DNA of 63,800 nt, the filler included, from an uncultured Methanoregulaceae archaeon (GTDB lineage Archaea > Halobacteriota > Methanomicrobia > Methanomicrobiales > Methanospirillaceae), in the NCBI GenBank assembly GCA_964530035.1. It is 3 parts of 3 records of this genome, joined end to end, with 100 filler letters (N's around TTAATTAATTAA, not from the genome) between each part and the next. Parts side by side here need not be neighbours in the genome. Positions count along the whole stretch, not along the records: positions 23,968 to 47,678 come from CAZGXZ010000015.1; 2 more parts are not named here. One strand, 5' to 3'. A program made the translations under genes and the position numbers. Below the pieces are notes generated by a model. That model had not been told where the DNA came from, searched no databases, and saw only the letters and a program-made list of their open reading frames with translations. This document shows, one piece after another, positions 32,104 to 42,113 of the stretch. Position 1 is the stretch's first letter. Every line of letters starts with the position of its first letter.

Positions 32104-33069
32104 TTATGGGACATCGTTGGATGAATCCGCCATACTGACAATTCTTAGGCAGGTTGGTCCTGGTGCCACATTTGCACTGAGATATTTTGATTTGGGAAGG
32201 ATATGTGACATTTTAACAAATTTTTTCCGACCTGTTTCATCTATGCCCATATACACACCTACCAAACACATATTCTGATCAAAAACCCCCCCGCCGGAAG
32301 ATCCTACTCTTGCTTGAATCTTTGCACATGCAATCGCTGGACAATTCGAAACGCAATCAGTGAAGGTGACAGGGCCAGCACTTACACGGGTGACCATGTG
32401 GGGGTGTGATTGTTTTTCAGCGTTCGTCAGCCCAGGATGCTGAAAAACAATGATTTCTTCATCTTTAACAATAGTCCTGTTGGAAATCCTCGCAATTCTG
32501 CTTTCAGGTAACCCCAGACCGGGAGGCCCTTGCAAACGCAGGAGGGCAAAATCCTCACAATTAATATCGCCTTCTCTTTTAACACTGATCACCGGCTCTT
32601 TTTGAAATTGTGCAATCTGGGGGTGTCCTGTATCCACAGAACCTGATGTATATTCGTAATCTAAAAGAATATAGAGGTTGGAATCAGAGAAATTTTTCCC
32701 TTGGAGAGCTCGCTTGGCCCGAAGATAGCCAACGACGTGTGAGGAAGTTATTACAACATTCGGACTGATAATGGTCCCACTCCCATAGATGATGTCAAAG
32801 TCCTCCTCAGCATACCCTATCGCAACAGATGATGATTTATTATTATTTATCGCACTTTGTCTAAAGGATGTTCCAACTCTGTTCGTTTTTCGGGAATTAA
32901 CATAACACATACACGGTGTCGGGCATCTGTCAGGATTTGGGGGTTGATCATTGCTATCACAAGGAGCTGCTTTGAAAATATTGGTATCTCCTCTTGAAAC
33001 CACCTTTTTTTTATTGCCCGGTTCCTTTCTGCCATCTGCATCTGCCAAGGGATCAGCCATAGACGTCAT
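32104..33069 (-). CDS. Trypsin-like serine protease, no signal peptide
   Basis: VITSSHV (His), EDFALL (Asp), GSSGG (Ser), QHP. Confidence 0.85.
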   Translation of the reverse strand: MTSMADPLADADGRKEPGNKKKVVSRGDTNIFKAAPCDSNDQPPNPDRCPTPCMCYVNSRKTNRVGTSFRQSAINNNKSSSVAIGYAEEDFDIIYGSGTIISPNVVITSSHVVGYLRAKRALQGKNFSDSNLYILLDYEYTSGSVDTGHPQIAQFQKEPVISVKREGDINCEDFALLRLQGPPGLGLPESRIARISNRTIVKDEEIIVFQHPGLTNAEKQSHPHMVTRVSAGPVTFTDCVSNCPAIACAKIQARVGSSGGGVFDQNMCLVGVYMGIDETGRKKFVKMSHILPKSKYLSANVAPGPTCLRIVSMADSSNDVP

Positions 33070-33994
33070 CCAGCTTGTTTACAGTCTCATTATCAAGAGA
33101 CCCTGAGGGACTAAGATTGTTATCCTGCTGAAATTCTAATAGTGCTACCTTGAATTGTTGTGAAATATCAGGTTCTTGCCCTATTGATTGAGATTCTGAA
33201 TACTCATCAGGAATATCGACTGGATACCCAAGATTGCTGAGTCTTACAAGTGCACCTGTAAATTCTCCCGCAGGGTCGAGTTTTGGGAGAATAACAAGGT
33301 CAAAGACACATATATCAAGAATTAGTCTTCCGGTCATCGCCTTTTTTGGGATAAGTTCTGAAAGTATACCCTCAGTATCGGTCTCCCCTTCAACTGGACT
33401 GAACGATTCTTCATCAATTTCCAGGCGATAATGAGTGTTTTTCAGAGGTTGTCTTTCATGATCGATAAGTTTGATTTTTACTACATCTCCATAACCAGCA
33501 GATTTATTCATTAAAAAAATTTTTACCTTTTCCGCGTCTCCTGTCGTAATTGAAAAATTTTTAGCCAGTATTTTTGGGGTAACCGAGTGATACGCTTTTC
33601 CTCCAACCAATTCAGGAGGGGTCTGATACTGATCATACCACCTGCCGACCATCATCCGGTTCAGGGCATCAGCCGTCTCCGGCCCGACAAGCCCGTCAAC
33701 CTTCAAACCTTCCCCATTCCAGTCCCTGTGGTCCTGCTGGAATGCCATGACCGCTTTTTCGGTATTGTTTCCGAACTTCCCGTCGGATCCTGCGGCCCCT
33801 ACATCATATCCAAGCTCCTGGAGCATTGTCTGGACGGTTATAACCTGCTTTTCCCGGTCGCTGCCTGTATAATACATATGCTTCTTATCCGGGTTTCCAA
33901 GGGCTCCCTTCCCGAGTACGGGATTTCCGTCCCCCCAGCTGTTGCAGAAGACCCTGGCAGGGAGAGGGCCGGGATTCGATGGATATTCAGCCAT
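33053..33994 (-). CDS. Protein with two peptidoglycan-binding (PG_binding_1) domains
   Basis: Q.ML.ELGY...DGKFG..T..AV.AFQ...L.VDG.VGPET and LSNLGY...AL.EFQ..N.L..SG.LD.ET; RBS AGGAGG. Confidence 0.88.
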   Translation of the reverse strand: MAEYPSNPGPLPARVFCNSWGDGNPVLGKGALGNPDKKHMYYTGSDREKQVITVQTMLQELGYDVGAAGSDGKFGNNTEKAVMAFQQDHRDWNGEGLKVDGLVGPETADALNRMMVGRWYDQYQTPPELVGGKAYHSVTPKILAKNFSITTGDAEKVKIFLMNKSAGYGDVVKIKLIDHERQPLKNTHYRLEIDEESFSPVEGETDTEGILSELIPKKAMTGRLILDICVFDLVILPKLDPAGEFTGALVRLSNLGYPVDIPDEYSESQSIGQEPDISQQFKVALLEFQQDNNLSPSGSLDNETVNKLDDVYG

Positions 33995-34085
33995 CTTCCT
34001 CCTCTTTTTCCTGCAACGAACTGGCTCCACCCGGGCGGTCCCGTTCAGGGCACGTCTCCACTCCGGCCTTGTGCATTATCATTTT

Positions 34086-34628
34086 TCACCCCTCCAGCTT
34101 CAGAGTAATACCCTGACCGGGCTGCACGATCCGCATTGTCCCGCTGCCGTCCGTTTTCTTCTGCTTCTCTTCCCCGCCGTCAACCGTGACACGGAAGACC
34201 GCCCCGGTTACGGCTGCGTCCTTTTCATCGACGACCTCGATGACATACGTCTCGTCCGGGGCATCCTCCTGCTGGGTCTCTGAAGCCTCTTCCTTTACCG
34301 TCCCTGTCTCCCCGGTATCACCGGTAACAGCCGTGGCTTCCTCGTCACCCGTAATCACCTGGTCGCCTTCGATATCAGGACTAACGCCTGATATCTTTCC
34401 ATCTCCGGCGGTATCCACTGTTTGTCCGGATGAGGTACCTGAAGATTTCTCCCCGGGACCCTGATCCGTCGATTCCTTCGCGGCAGGAAGCCCGTCATCT
34501 GGTATCTCCCTCGCATGGAGACCTCTCCCGATACCAGGATAGATGAAAACGGTCTTTTTCCCTCCACCAGCCGTTCCGCCCGATCCCGGCAGGATGTCCG
34601 GGACTTCGTACTCGGTCTTTTCAACCAT
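34086..34628 (-). CDS. Hypothetical acidic protein with C-terminal beta-sandwich (TTR-like) domain
   Basis: Low-complexity acidic linker; IEVVDE...FRV...TDGSG. Confidence 0.65.
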   Translation of the reverse strand: MVEKTEYEVPDILPGSGGTAGGGKKTVFIYPGIGRGLHAREIPDDGLPAAKESTDQGPGEKSSGTSSGQTVDTAGDGKISGVSPDIEGDQVITGDEEATAVTGDTGETGTVKEEASETQQEDAPDETYVIEVVDEKDAAVTGAVFRVTVDGGEEKQKKTDGSGTMRIVQPGQGITLKLEG

Positions 34629-34907
34629 CCTGACGTATCCTGGAGTTATATGCGGATATTTTTACCATTCGCCCGTGCCGTAAAAATACCTGGCCGGGGT
34701 CAAGGAAACCTGATTCCGATATTTTGCCACCAGCACCTTTTTTGTATTGATTCTTTATCGCTCAGCAATGCTTATACAGCTTTCCCTGCAACGTAATAGG
34801 GTATTAAGGATGGTTTTTTAAAAAGGGACAGCAGATTATCCCAGGAATTATGAAGGCCAGGAAGATCCAGAAGACCGGTGGAACCGGACCATGCAGGGTG
34901 CCCGCCG

Positions 34908-35939
34908 ATGCCATGTAACCTCCGCTTCTCCAACGGTTCATCGACAGGGATCGGTTCCCTTCCGCACCTCGACCCGGCTGCGGCCTGTGATGATGTCCTC
35001 ACCTGCTACCCTGAGTTCCCGTACATTCCCACCCTGCCGAACCGTGGGTTAAAGGAGCAGATCATCTGGAACGATTCCGAGTTCCTGCCAGGGAAGGTCG
35101 TCAATGGAGACCGGCTTTTCGTGGACAGGAACACGGACTTCACTCCGGCCATGGAACAGGTCTACCTGGACTACGTCGAAGGCGCCTTCGGACGGTACGC
35201 CGCATCCCCGGACCATGCCTCGGCCTTCCACGTGATGACGGCAAAAAGCCTCCCGGAGGCGAAAGTCCTCAAGTGCCAGGTGAACGGGCCTGTGACGATG
35301 GGAATGCAGGTCGTCGATGATGGCCGCCGCCCTGTCGGCTATGATGCCCAGTACGCCGACATGCTCGCCAAGATGATTGCACTGAGGGCCCGGTGGTACG
35401 AGGATGCAATGCAGAAGACCGGCATTCCCGAGACCCTTGTCGTCTTCAACGAGCCCTATCTCGCCGCACTCGGCTCGTCGGTCATGGCCATGGACCGCGA
35501 ACAGGTGCGGGCAGGCTGGGAGGACGCCACGTCGCTTCTGACCGGTGCCGCCGGGATACACTGCTGCTCCAATACCGACTGGGGTTTTCTCATGTCACTC
35601 AATCCTGCGGTCATCTCGTTCGATGCGTACGCGAATGCACGGGAGTTCCTCCTGTACAAGGACCAGATCGCCTCCTACCTCGAGAGGGGAGGCGTTGTCG
35701 CCTGGGGAATCGTACCGGCGGAATGGAGCCTGTTTGCAGGTGAGACCGTTGATGGCCTCTACGAACGATACCGGGCCATCCAAAGGGAACTTGACGAACT
35801 CCTCCCCCCGGGGCTGTTCATGTCGCGGTCCCTGGTGACACCGAGCTGCGGTATCAGGACAACCGATGCCCCGGGGTCGGTCAGGATAATGGCAGCGGCA
35901 CGGGAGATCTCCCGGCGGGCCCGGGCGGACGCACCATGA
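34908..35939 (+). CDS. Core (single-barrel) methionine synthase-like Zn methyltransferase
   Basis: TGIGSLPH, K.QV.GP.T, NEP, GIHCC, WGIVP, TPSCG. Confidence 0.8.
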   Translation: MPCNLRFSNGSSTGIGSLPHLDPAAACDDVLTCYPEFPYIPTLPNRGLKEQIIWNDSEFLPGKVVNGDRLFVDRNTDFTPAMEQVYLDYVEGAFGRYAASPDHASAFHVMTAKSLPEAKVLKCQVNGPVTMGMQVVDDGRRPVGYDAQYADMLAKMIALRARWYEDAMQKTGIPETLVVFNEPYLAALGSSVMAMDREQVRAGWEDATSLLTGAAGIHCCSNTDWGFLMSLNPAVISFDAYANAREFLLYKDQIASYLERGGVVAWGIVPAEWSLFAGETVDGLYERYRAIQRELDELLPPGLFMSRSLVTPSCGIRTTDAPGSVRIMAAAREISRRARADAP

Positions 35940-36685
35940 AGGAGTCGTTCTCCATAGCGGTCTCGGGAAAGGGAGGGACCGGGAAGACGACCATCGCATC
36001 CCTCCTCGTGCGAACCTATATTGGATCGGGGAGGAAGCCGGTCCTCGCCGTCGATGCCGACCCGAACGCAAACTTTCATGAGGCCATGGGTGTCACCGTC
36101 AGGGAAACCCTGGGCTCCATGAGAGAGGATGCGTTTACGAAAAGCATCCCTCCCGGGATGTCCAGGAAGGAGTACATCCGTCTCAGGTTCAGACAGGTCC
36201 TGGTCGAGTCTGAAGGGTTCGACCTTATGGCCATGGGCCGGCCTGAAGGGACTGGCTGTTACTGTTTTGCAAACGACCTCCTGACCGAGGCCATGAGAGC
36301 CCTGGAACGTTCCTACCCCGTCATCATAATCGACAACGAGGCAGGCATGGAGCATATCAGCCGTGGGACCATCGGGATACCCGACGCCCTGCTTGTCGTG
36401 ACCGATGCCGGGGCGAGAGGCAGACGGACGGCATCACGCATCCGGGACATCGGGCTGTCCCTCGGTGTCCCTGTCGAAAGGATGCACCTTGTAATCAACC
36501 GCGTGAAAGACCACCAGGTACCTCAGGGTGAGGACAACTGGCAACCCCTGGCGATTATTCCCGAAGACCCTGCCGTGGCCACGGCAGACCTCGTGGGGAC
36601 CCCGGTCTCCCTCATCCCTGACCAGTCTCCCGCGAGGGTTGCCGTGCAGCACCTTGCCGGGACCCTCGACCGGATATTCATGTAA
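35936..36685 (+). CDS. CooC/AcsF-family ATPase
   Basis: GKGGTGKTT, DADP, GCYC, DNEAGMEH. Confidence 0.9.
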   Translation: MKESFSIAVSGKGGTGKTTIASLLVRTYIGSGRKPVLAVDADPNANFHEAMGVTVRETLGSMREDAFTKSIPPGMSRKEYIRLRFRQVLVESEGFDLMAMGRPEGTGCYCFANDLLTEAMRALERSYPVIIIDNEAGMEHISRGTIGIPDALLVVTDAGARGRRTASRIRDIGLSLGVPVERMHLVINRVKDHQVPQGEDNWQPLAIIPEDPAVATADLVGTPVSLIPDQSPARVAVQHLAGTLDRIFM

Positions 36686-36889
36686 ATACATGGTGTATCG
36701 ACCTTTCTTCTTGGGATTATACCCATTCACCTTCTTCCCAGGGAATTGACACCCGCACGGAGGGCTTCACATTCCTCCAGGACAGTCACGACCCTGTCGC
36801 ATCCAGACCCGTGCCGGTTCCAGAAACACAGATGGATTACTATAAGTCACCGTAAGGTCTAATGGAAGAGCAGGTCGGGTGAACATCTC

Positions 36890-38377
36890 TTGTTTGGAAG
36901 GTTCTTTAAGGAAAAGCCCCACATCGTTTCCAGCCCGCCACCCCCGTCCATAGCCCACGGGGCGGGCATGAACGTCCCGGAGTTCAAGGTAAAGCCGTAT
37001 TTTATCGTTGCTTCGGTCGAAATGGGAAATACAACCACGAAATGTATCCTGACCGGTGTCAACCTTGAGACCGGGATGTCCTATGTAATCAATAAGACCG
37101 TGAAGATGTCCCGGGATGTCAGGAAACCAAAACCCGGCGAAGCGATCTTTGGTGAGACCCTCGACGGCACCGAGCTTACCAGGGAGTCGGTCACCGAGCT
37201 GGTACGGGACACCCTGGTCGAATGCCATGACGAGGTCCACCTCGATATTAAAACGGACCTGGATTTCGTGGTCCGTTCTACCGGTGTCGTGGCGGCAATG
37301 GACAAGCCGGACCAGGTCGGCGACTTTGTCATCGCCCTGGCGAACGGGTGCCTCATTGCCGGAGTACCCCCGCGGAAGATGACCCCGCCCATGTCCAAGG
37401 CGAACCAGGCTGAAAAACTCCAGCCTTTCAGTTATGCCGACAAGGTCGTGTTTATCGGAGCCGTAGCCGGAGTCGTCCCCCCGGTCGGGAGCACCGGCGT
37501 CGAGATGGTCGCGAATGAGATGGAAGGGGAGCTCGCGATGGCCGGCATCAAGGAAGGGGCCATGTGGACACCGGTTGATTTCAGGAACCCGTGCGTCTCG
37601 ATCGATTTTGGTACGACCCTGGACGGACGGATTACAAGCGATGTGGACAAGAAGGATAAAAATCCCTTTGCCAAGACCGTCGGCAATTTCTGCGGCCTTG
37701 CAGGGGCCATTCCTGATGCACTCGTCAGGGGTACGGGGATCGTCGACAAGGCCAAGGGGACGGCACTCGATGTTTTCGGTGACCGATCGATCGTCGGTGA
37801 GTTTTCCTTCAGGCAGAAGGAAGAGGATATCCAAAGATACGTCGATCGTTGCCATGAAAATATTGACATCAGGATCGTCCCTTCCGAAAGGAACAGGTTC
37901 GGACGCGTACCGGTCTATGCCGCCATCGCAGCGGAGTCGGGCATCGCCATGATCGGGTGTGATTCCGGTGTCAACGGGGACGGTCTCCCTGCCCTCATGG
38001 AGATCGGTGGCGAAATCTACCGCGAATATTCCCTCAGTTTTTTAAATGAAGTGGTTGACCGGGTCTGCGCAAAAATGGCTCTCAGGCTGGTCGATGTGTC
38101 TGTGGAGAGAGGCCTTGTCTTCCCGAACAGCTCCATCGGCTTTACCGGCCGTGCCGCGATCTCGGGCAGGAAACCCGAGTATATCCTTGAAGGGATCAGG
38201 GAGCGTAAATTGTTTGACAAGCCGAACGACCACCTCGTGTTTGTCGATGACGGGCTTGCAAGGGGGGCGGCCCTCATGGGGAGGTGCATGAACTCGCTTG
38301 GAAAGCCAAAGCAACCCATTGGCGGCGTACGAGACGGGCCATGTATCATGGCGCGGCGCATTGCAGTAGGAAAATAA
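36890..38377 (+). CDS. Methanogenesis marker protein 14
   Basis: VASVEMGNTTTKC, FVVRSTGV, DFGTTL, DDGLARGAA. Confidence 0.9.
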   Translation: MFGRFFKEKPHIVSSPPPPSIAHGAGMNVPEFKVKPYFIVASVEMGNTTTKCILTGVNLETGMSYVINKTVKMSRDVRKPKPGEAIFGETLDGTELTRESVTELVRDTLVECHDEVHLDIKTDLDFVVRSTGVVAAMDKPDQVGDFVIALANGCLIAGVPPRKMTPPMSKANQAEKLQPFSYADKVVFIGAVAGVVPPVGSTGVEMVANEMEGELAMAGIKEGAMWTPVDFRNPCVSIDFGTTLDGRITSDVDKKDKNPFAKTVGNFCGLAGAIPDALVRGTGIVDKAKGTALDVFGDRSIVGEFSFRQKEEDIQRYVDRCHENIDIRIVPSERNRFGRVPVYAAIAAESGIAMIGCDSGVNGDGLPALMEIGGEIYREYSLSFLNEVVDRVCAKMALRLVDVSVERGLVFPNSSIGFTGRAAISGRKPEYILEGIRERKLFDKPNDHLVFVDDGLARGAALMGRCMNSLGKPKQPIGGVRDGPCIMARRIAVGK

Positions 38378-38390
38378 CGGGAGTCATACG

Positions 38391-38660
38391 ATGTCTGCAT
38401 CAGATGAGAACAATGAATCCTGCGGAGAGTCAAGTGAACAGACCTACGACCTCGTGATACCTCCAGGAGTTCCACGTGGGATCATCGAGGACATTGCGTC
38501 CCGCTATGAGGTAACGGTCGTTGACAGACTGACAAAGCTTGATTTTGCCAACATGGACGGCATTGAGCGGAACCTCCTTGCGTTCAGGGGGAAAAAGGAG
38601 ACCATGCTCGAGGTCGAACAGGAACTCAGGCGCCTTGTAAAGGCATACATCGGCGAATAA
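38391..38660 (+). CDS. Small hypothetical protein
   Basis: Co-oriented ORF 13 nt after marker 14; YDLVIPPGVP. Confidence 0.75.
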   Translation: MSASDENNESCGESSEQTYDLVIPPGVPRGIIEDIASRYEVTVVDRLTKLDFANMDGIERNLLAFRGKKETMLEVEQELRRLVKAYIGE

Positions 38661-38721
38661 ACCGATTCATCATTTTTAAAGGGAACCCACCGGCCAGGGA
38701 TAGGTGGGCTCATAGAAGGTC

Positions 38722-39645
38722 TCAGGAGGTGAACCTGGGCTCGAGCAACCTGACAAGGAGCGCCTTCTGGACATGAAGACGGTTTTCTGCCTCCATAAAA
38801 ACCCTTGACCGGGGCCCCTCGATTACCTCATCATCAATCTCTTCGCCACGGTGAGCAGGGAGGCAGTGCATCACGATGGCCCCGGGTTTTGCCTTCCCAA
38901 GGAGGTCACCTGTGACTGAATAGCCTTTAAATGCAGATTTCCTTGCTTCCTTCTCGGTTTCATCACCCATGGAGACCCAGGTGTCGGTCATGACCACGTC
39001 GGCTCCTTCAACCGCACGTGCAGGGTCGTGGATCAACGTGATATCACCTCCAAGCTTGCGGGCCCTTAGAACGACATCTGCGGGAAGTTCGTACCCGTCC
39101 GGGCTCGCGACTGATATCCTCATCCCGGTCATTGCGGATGACAGGACAAGGGAGCGACAGACATTGTTGCCGTCCCCGATCCATGCAACCCGGATACCCT
39201 CTGTTGTTCCGAACTCCTCGGTAATCGTCATGATGTCGGCAAGGAGCTGGCAGGGGTGTTCTTTGTCGGATAAACCGTTGATTATGGGTATCGTCGAGTA
39301 CTGTGCATAGTCCTCGATCGTCTCGTGCCTGTACGCACGGATCATCACACCCGATACGTACCGGGATGCCACCCGGGCCGTATCCCGGATCTCCTCCCCG
39401 CGACCGAGCTGCATGTCCTTGGTGGTAAGAAAGATCGCATGCCCGCCAAGGTCCCGGATACCGGCTTCGAATGATATCCTTGTCCTGGTTGAGGCCTTTT
39501 CAAAGATAAGGGCAATGCATGCACCGGTGAGCTTCGGGTGGGCGACCCGCCGGTTCCTCAAATCCTTGAGGTTCCTGGCCTCCGATATCAGCCCTGCGAG
39601 CTCCTGTTTATTGATATCGAGGATGGAGAGAAAATCCTTCTTCAT
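38722..39645 (-). CDS. argF: Ornithine carbamoyltransferase
   Basis: STRT, HPCQ, SMG, HCLP. Confidence 0.97.
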   Translation of the reverse strand: MKKDFLSILDINKQELAGLISEARNLKDLRNRRVAHPKLTGACIALIFEKASTRTRISFEAGIRDLGGHAIFLTTKDMQLGRGEEIRDTARVASRYVSGVMIRAYRHETIEDYAQYSTIPIINGLSDKEHPCQLLADIMTITEEFGTTEGIRVAWIGDGNNVCRSLVLSSAMTGMRISVASPDGYELPADVVLRARKLGGDITLIHDPARAVEGADVVMTDTWVSMGDETEKEARKSAFKGYSVTGDLLGKAKPGAIVMHCLPAHRGEEIDDEVIEGPRSRVFMEAENRLHVQKALLVRLLEPRFTS

Positions 39646-40934
39646 CTGATCTCCTTCATGTGGTCTATCCGACGCTGGAGAAGGGCCGCTGTCCCGATAT
39701 CACTACGGTACCGGACCTTTCCGGTTACCTTCGAGGCGGCTTTCTCCGCCACGGCTTCAGCCTCCGGAAGGCTTTCCCCGATCCCTACGAATGCAAGGGT
39801 CCGCGAGGTCTGGGTATAGAGTGAACCGTCCCGCTCATCAACATTCGCATAATAGAGCAGGGCATTCCCGGGATCACCGACGCTAATCCTGGCCCCGGAT
39901 TCAGGTTTTTCCGGATAACCGTCAGGGACAAGGTATTTGCACACGGTTGCCAGGTGCTTGAACGTCACTTTGGATGAGGAAAGTGTGCCATCAACGATGG
40001 ATGCAACGACCTCACCCATGTCGGAGGATAATATCGAAAGGACATTCATCGCCTCAGGGTCTCCAAACCGGGCATTGAACTCAACAACCATGGGCCCGGT
40101 CGCGGTGTTCATGAACTGGCCGTACAGGATTCCCCGGTACGGCTGCCCCAGCCGCTTCATGGCGGATACGGCGTCCTTCATAATGGCAAGGGCCTTTTCA
40201 TAGTCTGGAGCGGGGATAAACGGCAACATGTGGTCAGGCATCGTATAGGACCCCATACCTCCGGTATTAGGCCCGGTATCACCTGTGAAGGCCCTTTTAT
40301 GGTCCTGGACAAGGGGCATCGGGACCAGGTGCTGACCATCGACAAAGGCCTGGAGGGTGAACTCCTCCCCGATCATCCGTTCCTCGAGTATTACGTTACC
40401 GCCGAGTTCCCTTACATAGGATATTGCTCCTGCCCTGTCGACCTGCTCACCCATGATCCTGACGCCCTTGCCCCCGGTGAGCCCTATGGGTTTGATTGCC
40501 AGGTCACTCACATGTCCGTTGATAAAATCTATTGCGTCCTCGGCCCGGTAAAACACGCGGTACAGGGGGCACCCGGCTATACCGTGCTGATCCATCAGCA
40601 TCCTGCAGAACCCCTTGTCGGTTTCAAGCCTTGCAGAGGCCCGGCGTGGACCGACACACCCGATCCCCTGGTCCTCGAGGTGGTCGACAATACCTGCCTC
40701 AAGAGGGGCTTCAGGTCCGATAACTGCATAGTCCACGCTCTCGGCACGTGCAAACCGTGCTATCTCCTCCCTGTCGGTTTCACTGCAGAGGTGGACCTTT
40801 TCGGCGACGCGGGCGATACCAGGGTTTTTCCTGCCCATTACCGCATAAACCGATGTATTCGCACTCCTTTTGAGAGCCTGCACGATGGCATGTTCCCGGC
40901 CCCCTCCTCCGATGACCAGCACCTTCATTGTCAT
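39642..40934 (-). CDS. purD: Phosphoribosylamine--glycine ligase
   Basis: [23 protein letters not shown]. Confidence 0.97.
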   Translation of the reverse strand: MTMKVLVIGGGGREHAIVQALKRSANTSVYAVMGRKNPGIARVAEKVHLCSETDREEIARFARAESVDYAVIGPEAPLEAGIVDHLEDQGIGCVGPRRASARLETDKGFCRMLMDQHGIAGCPLYRVFYRAEDAIDFINGHVSDLAIKPIGLTGGKGVRIMGEQVDRAGAISYVRELGGNVILEERMIGEEFTLQAFVDGQHLVPMPLVQDHKRAFTGDTGPNTGGMGSYTMPDHMLPFIPAPDYEKALAIMKDAVSAMKRLGQPYRGILYGQFMNTATGPMVVEFNARFGDPEAMNVLSILSSDMGEVVASIVDGTLSSSKVTFKHLATVCKYLVPDGYPEKPESGARISVGDPGNALLYYANVDERDGSLYTQTSRTLAFVGIGESLPEAEAVAEKAASKVTGKVRYRSDIGTAALLQRRIDHMKEIR

Positions 40935-40948
40935 ACCACTAGCGTTTC

Positions 40949-41479
40949 TTAGTCCGATAAACCTGACCCGGATGGCAGGATCTCACCGATTGACACGAGT
41001 GGAAGAAGCGTTATTCCTTCCTTTTCAAGCAATTCGCGTGCACCCTCCTCCCGGTCGACCACGACGGCAACATGGGTTATTTCGGCACCTGCTGCCCGGA
41101 GGGCACGGATGCCATAAAGGGCTGAACCACCCGAGGTGGTCACATCCTCAACCAGGAGGACACGCTTACCTGAAACGTCCCCAATAATCACCCCTGGTTT
41201 ACCGTGAGTCTTTTCACCTGCACGGATGATTGCATAGCGACGGCCGGATGCAAGCGAAACGGCGACCGCAAGAGGGACGCCTCCTACTGCAACCCCGGCA
41301 ACGGTATCAAATGGAATACGGGAGACAACTTCGTCTGCTATCCTTGCGAGAAAAACAGGGCTCGTTGCTGCCGTCTTGACATCGACGTAAAACCTGCTTT
41401 TTTTACCGGAGGCCAGGGTGAAATCCCCCTCTTCGATCGCTCCGTGGTCAAGAAGAAACTGTGCGAGTGGTGTTACCAT
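40949..41479 (-). CDS. pyrE: Orotate phosphoribosyltransferase
   Basis: [19 protein letters not shown]. Confidence 0.95.
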   Translation of the reverse strand: MVTPLAQFLLDHGAIEEGDFTLASGKKSRFYVDVKTAATSPVFLARIADEVVSRIPFDTVAGVAVGGVPLAVAVSLASGRRYAIIRAGEKTHGKPGVIIGDVSGKRVLLVEDVTTSGGSALYGIRALRAAGAEITHVAVVVDREEGARELLEKEGITLLPLVSIGEILPSGSGLSD

Positions 41480-42024
41480 GGTACATCCTTGACTCCGGTG
41501 ACGTATCCGATGATATTGACCGCCCGATGCAGGACGGGTGTTATTATAAGGATGGCTATCAGGATCGCGGGCGTTATTACCGCAACCGCCCATGAGGGGT
41601 CGAGGACCGCAACAAGGACAAGGGAGCCGGCTACAAGGTCATACTGGTCAAATACTGGCCAGGAAGCTCCGCGCTCCTTACCCAGGCGACGCTTGAAGAA
41701 GCTTTTCACCAGGTCGCCGAGGAGTGCCCCGGTGGCGAGAAGGACGACCGGCAAAGGCTCCATCGGTGGGAGGGCAGAAAAAATTCCAACCCCGGCGACG
41801 AGGACCTGTACGGCACCGACCAGGACTCCTGCCAGGACTCCGACGATGAAGCCTCTCCAGGTCTTCCCGTCACCAAAAATGCGCTTATTATCCCTCCAGT
41901 TCCTCCCGAAATCAATCGGCGCTCCTCCGCCGGTTGCGGCGGCGACAGGGTTCGGGACATACGCGGGAAGCATTATCCAGAGTGCAGAAAACACAGTAAT
42001 TAAGATAAAATCAAGGTTTAACAC
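41473..42024 (-). CDS. carS: CDP-archaeol synthase
   Basis: PAYVPN, GDGKTWRG, GDLVKSFFKRR, DQYD. Confidence 0.93.
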   Translation of the reverse strand: MLNLDFILITVFSALWIMLPAYVPNPVAAATGGGAPIDFGRNWRDNKRIFGDGKTWRGFIVGVLAGVLVGAVQVLVAGVGIFSALPPMEPLPVVLLATGALLGDLVKSFFKRRLGKERGASWPVFDQYDLVAGSLVLVAVLDPSWAVAVITPAILIAILIITPVLHRAVNIIGYVTGVKDVPW

Positions 42025-42113
42025 TGCTGCACACCCGTATCACTATTAAAGAGCAGATATAAACTTTAAGGTATCGAAGTTATACATCTAATAAAGAAGC
42101 GGCGGAAGGAAAT

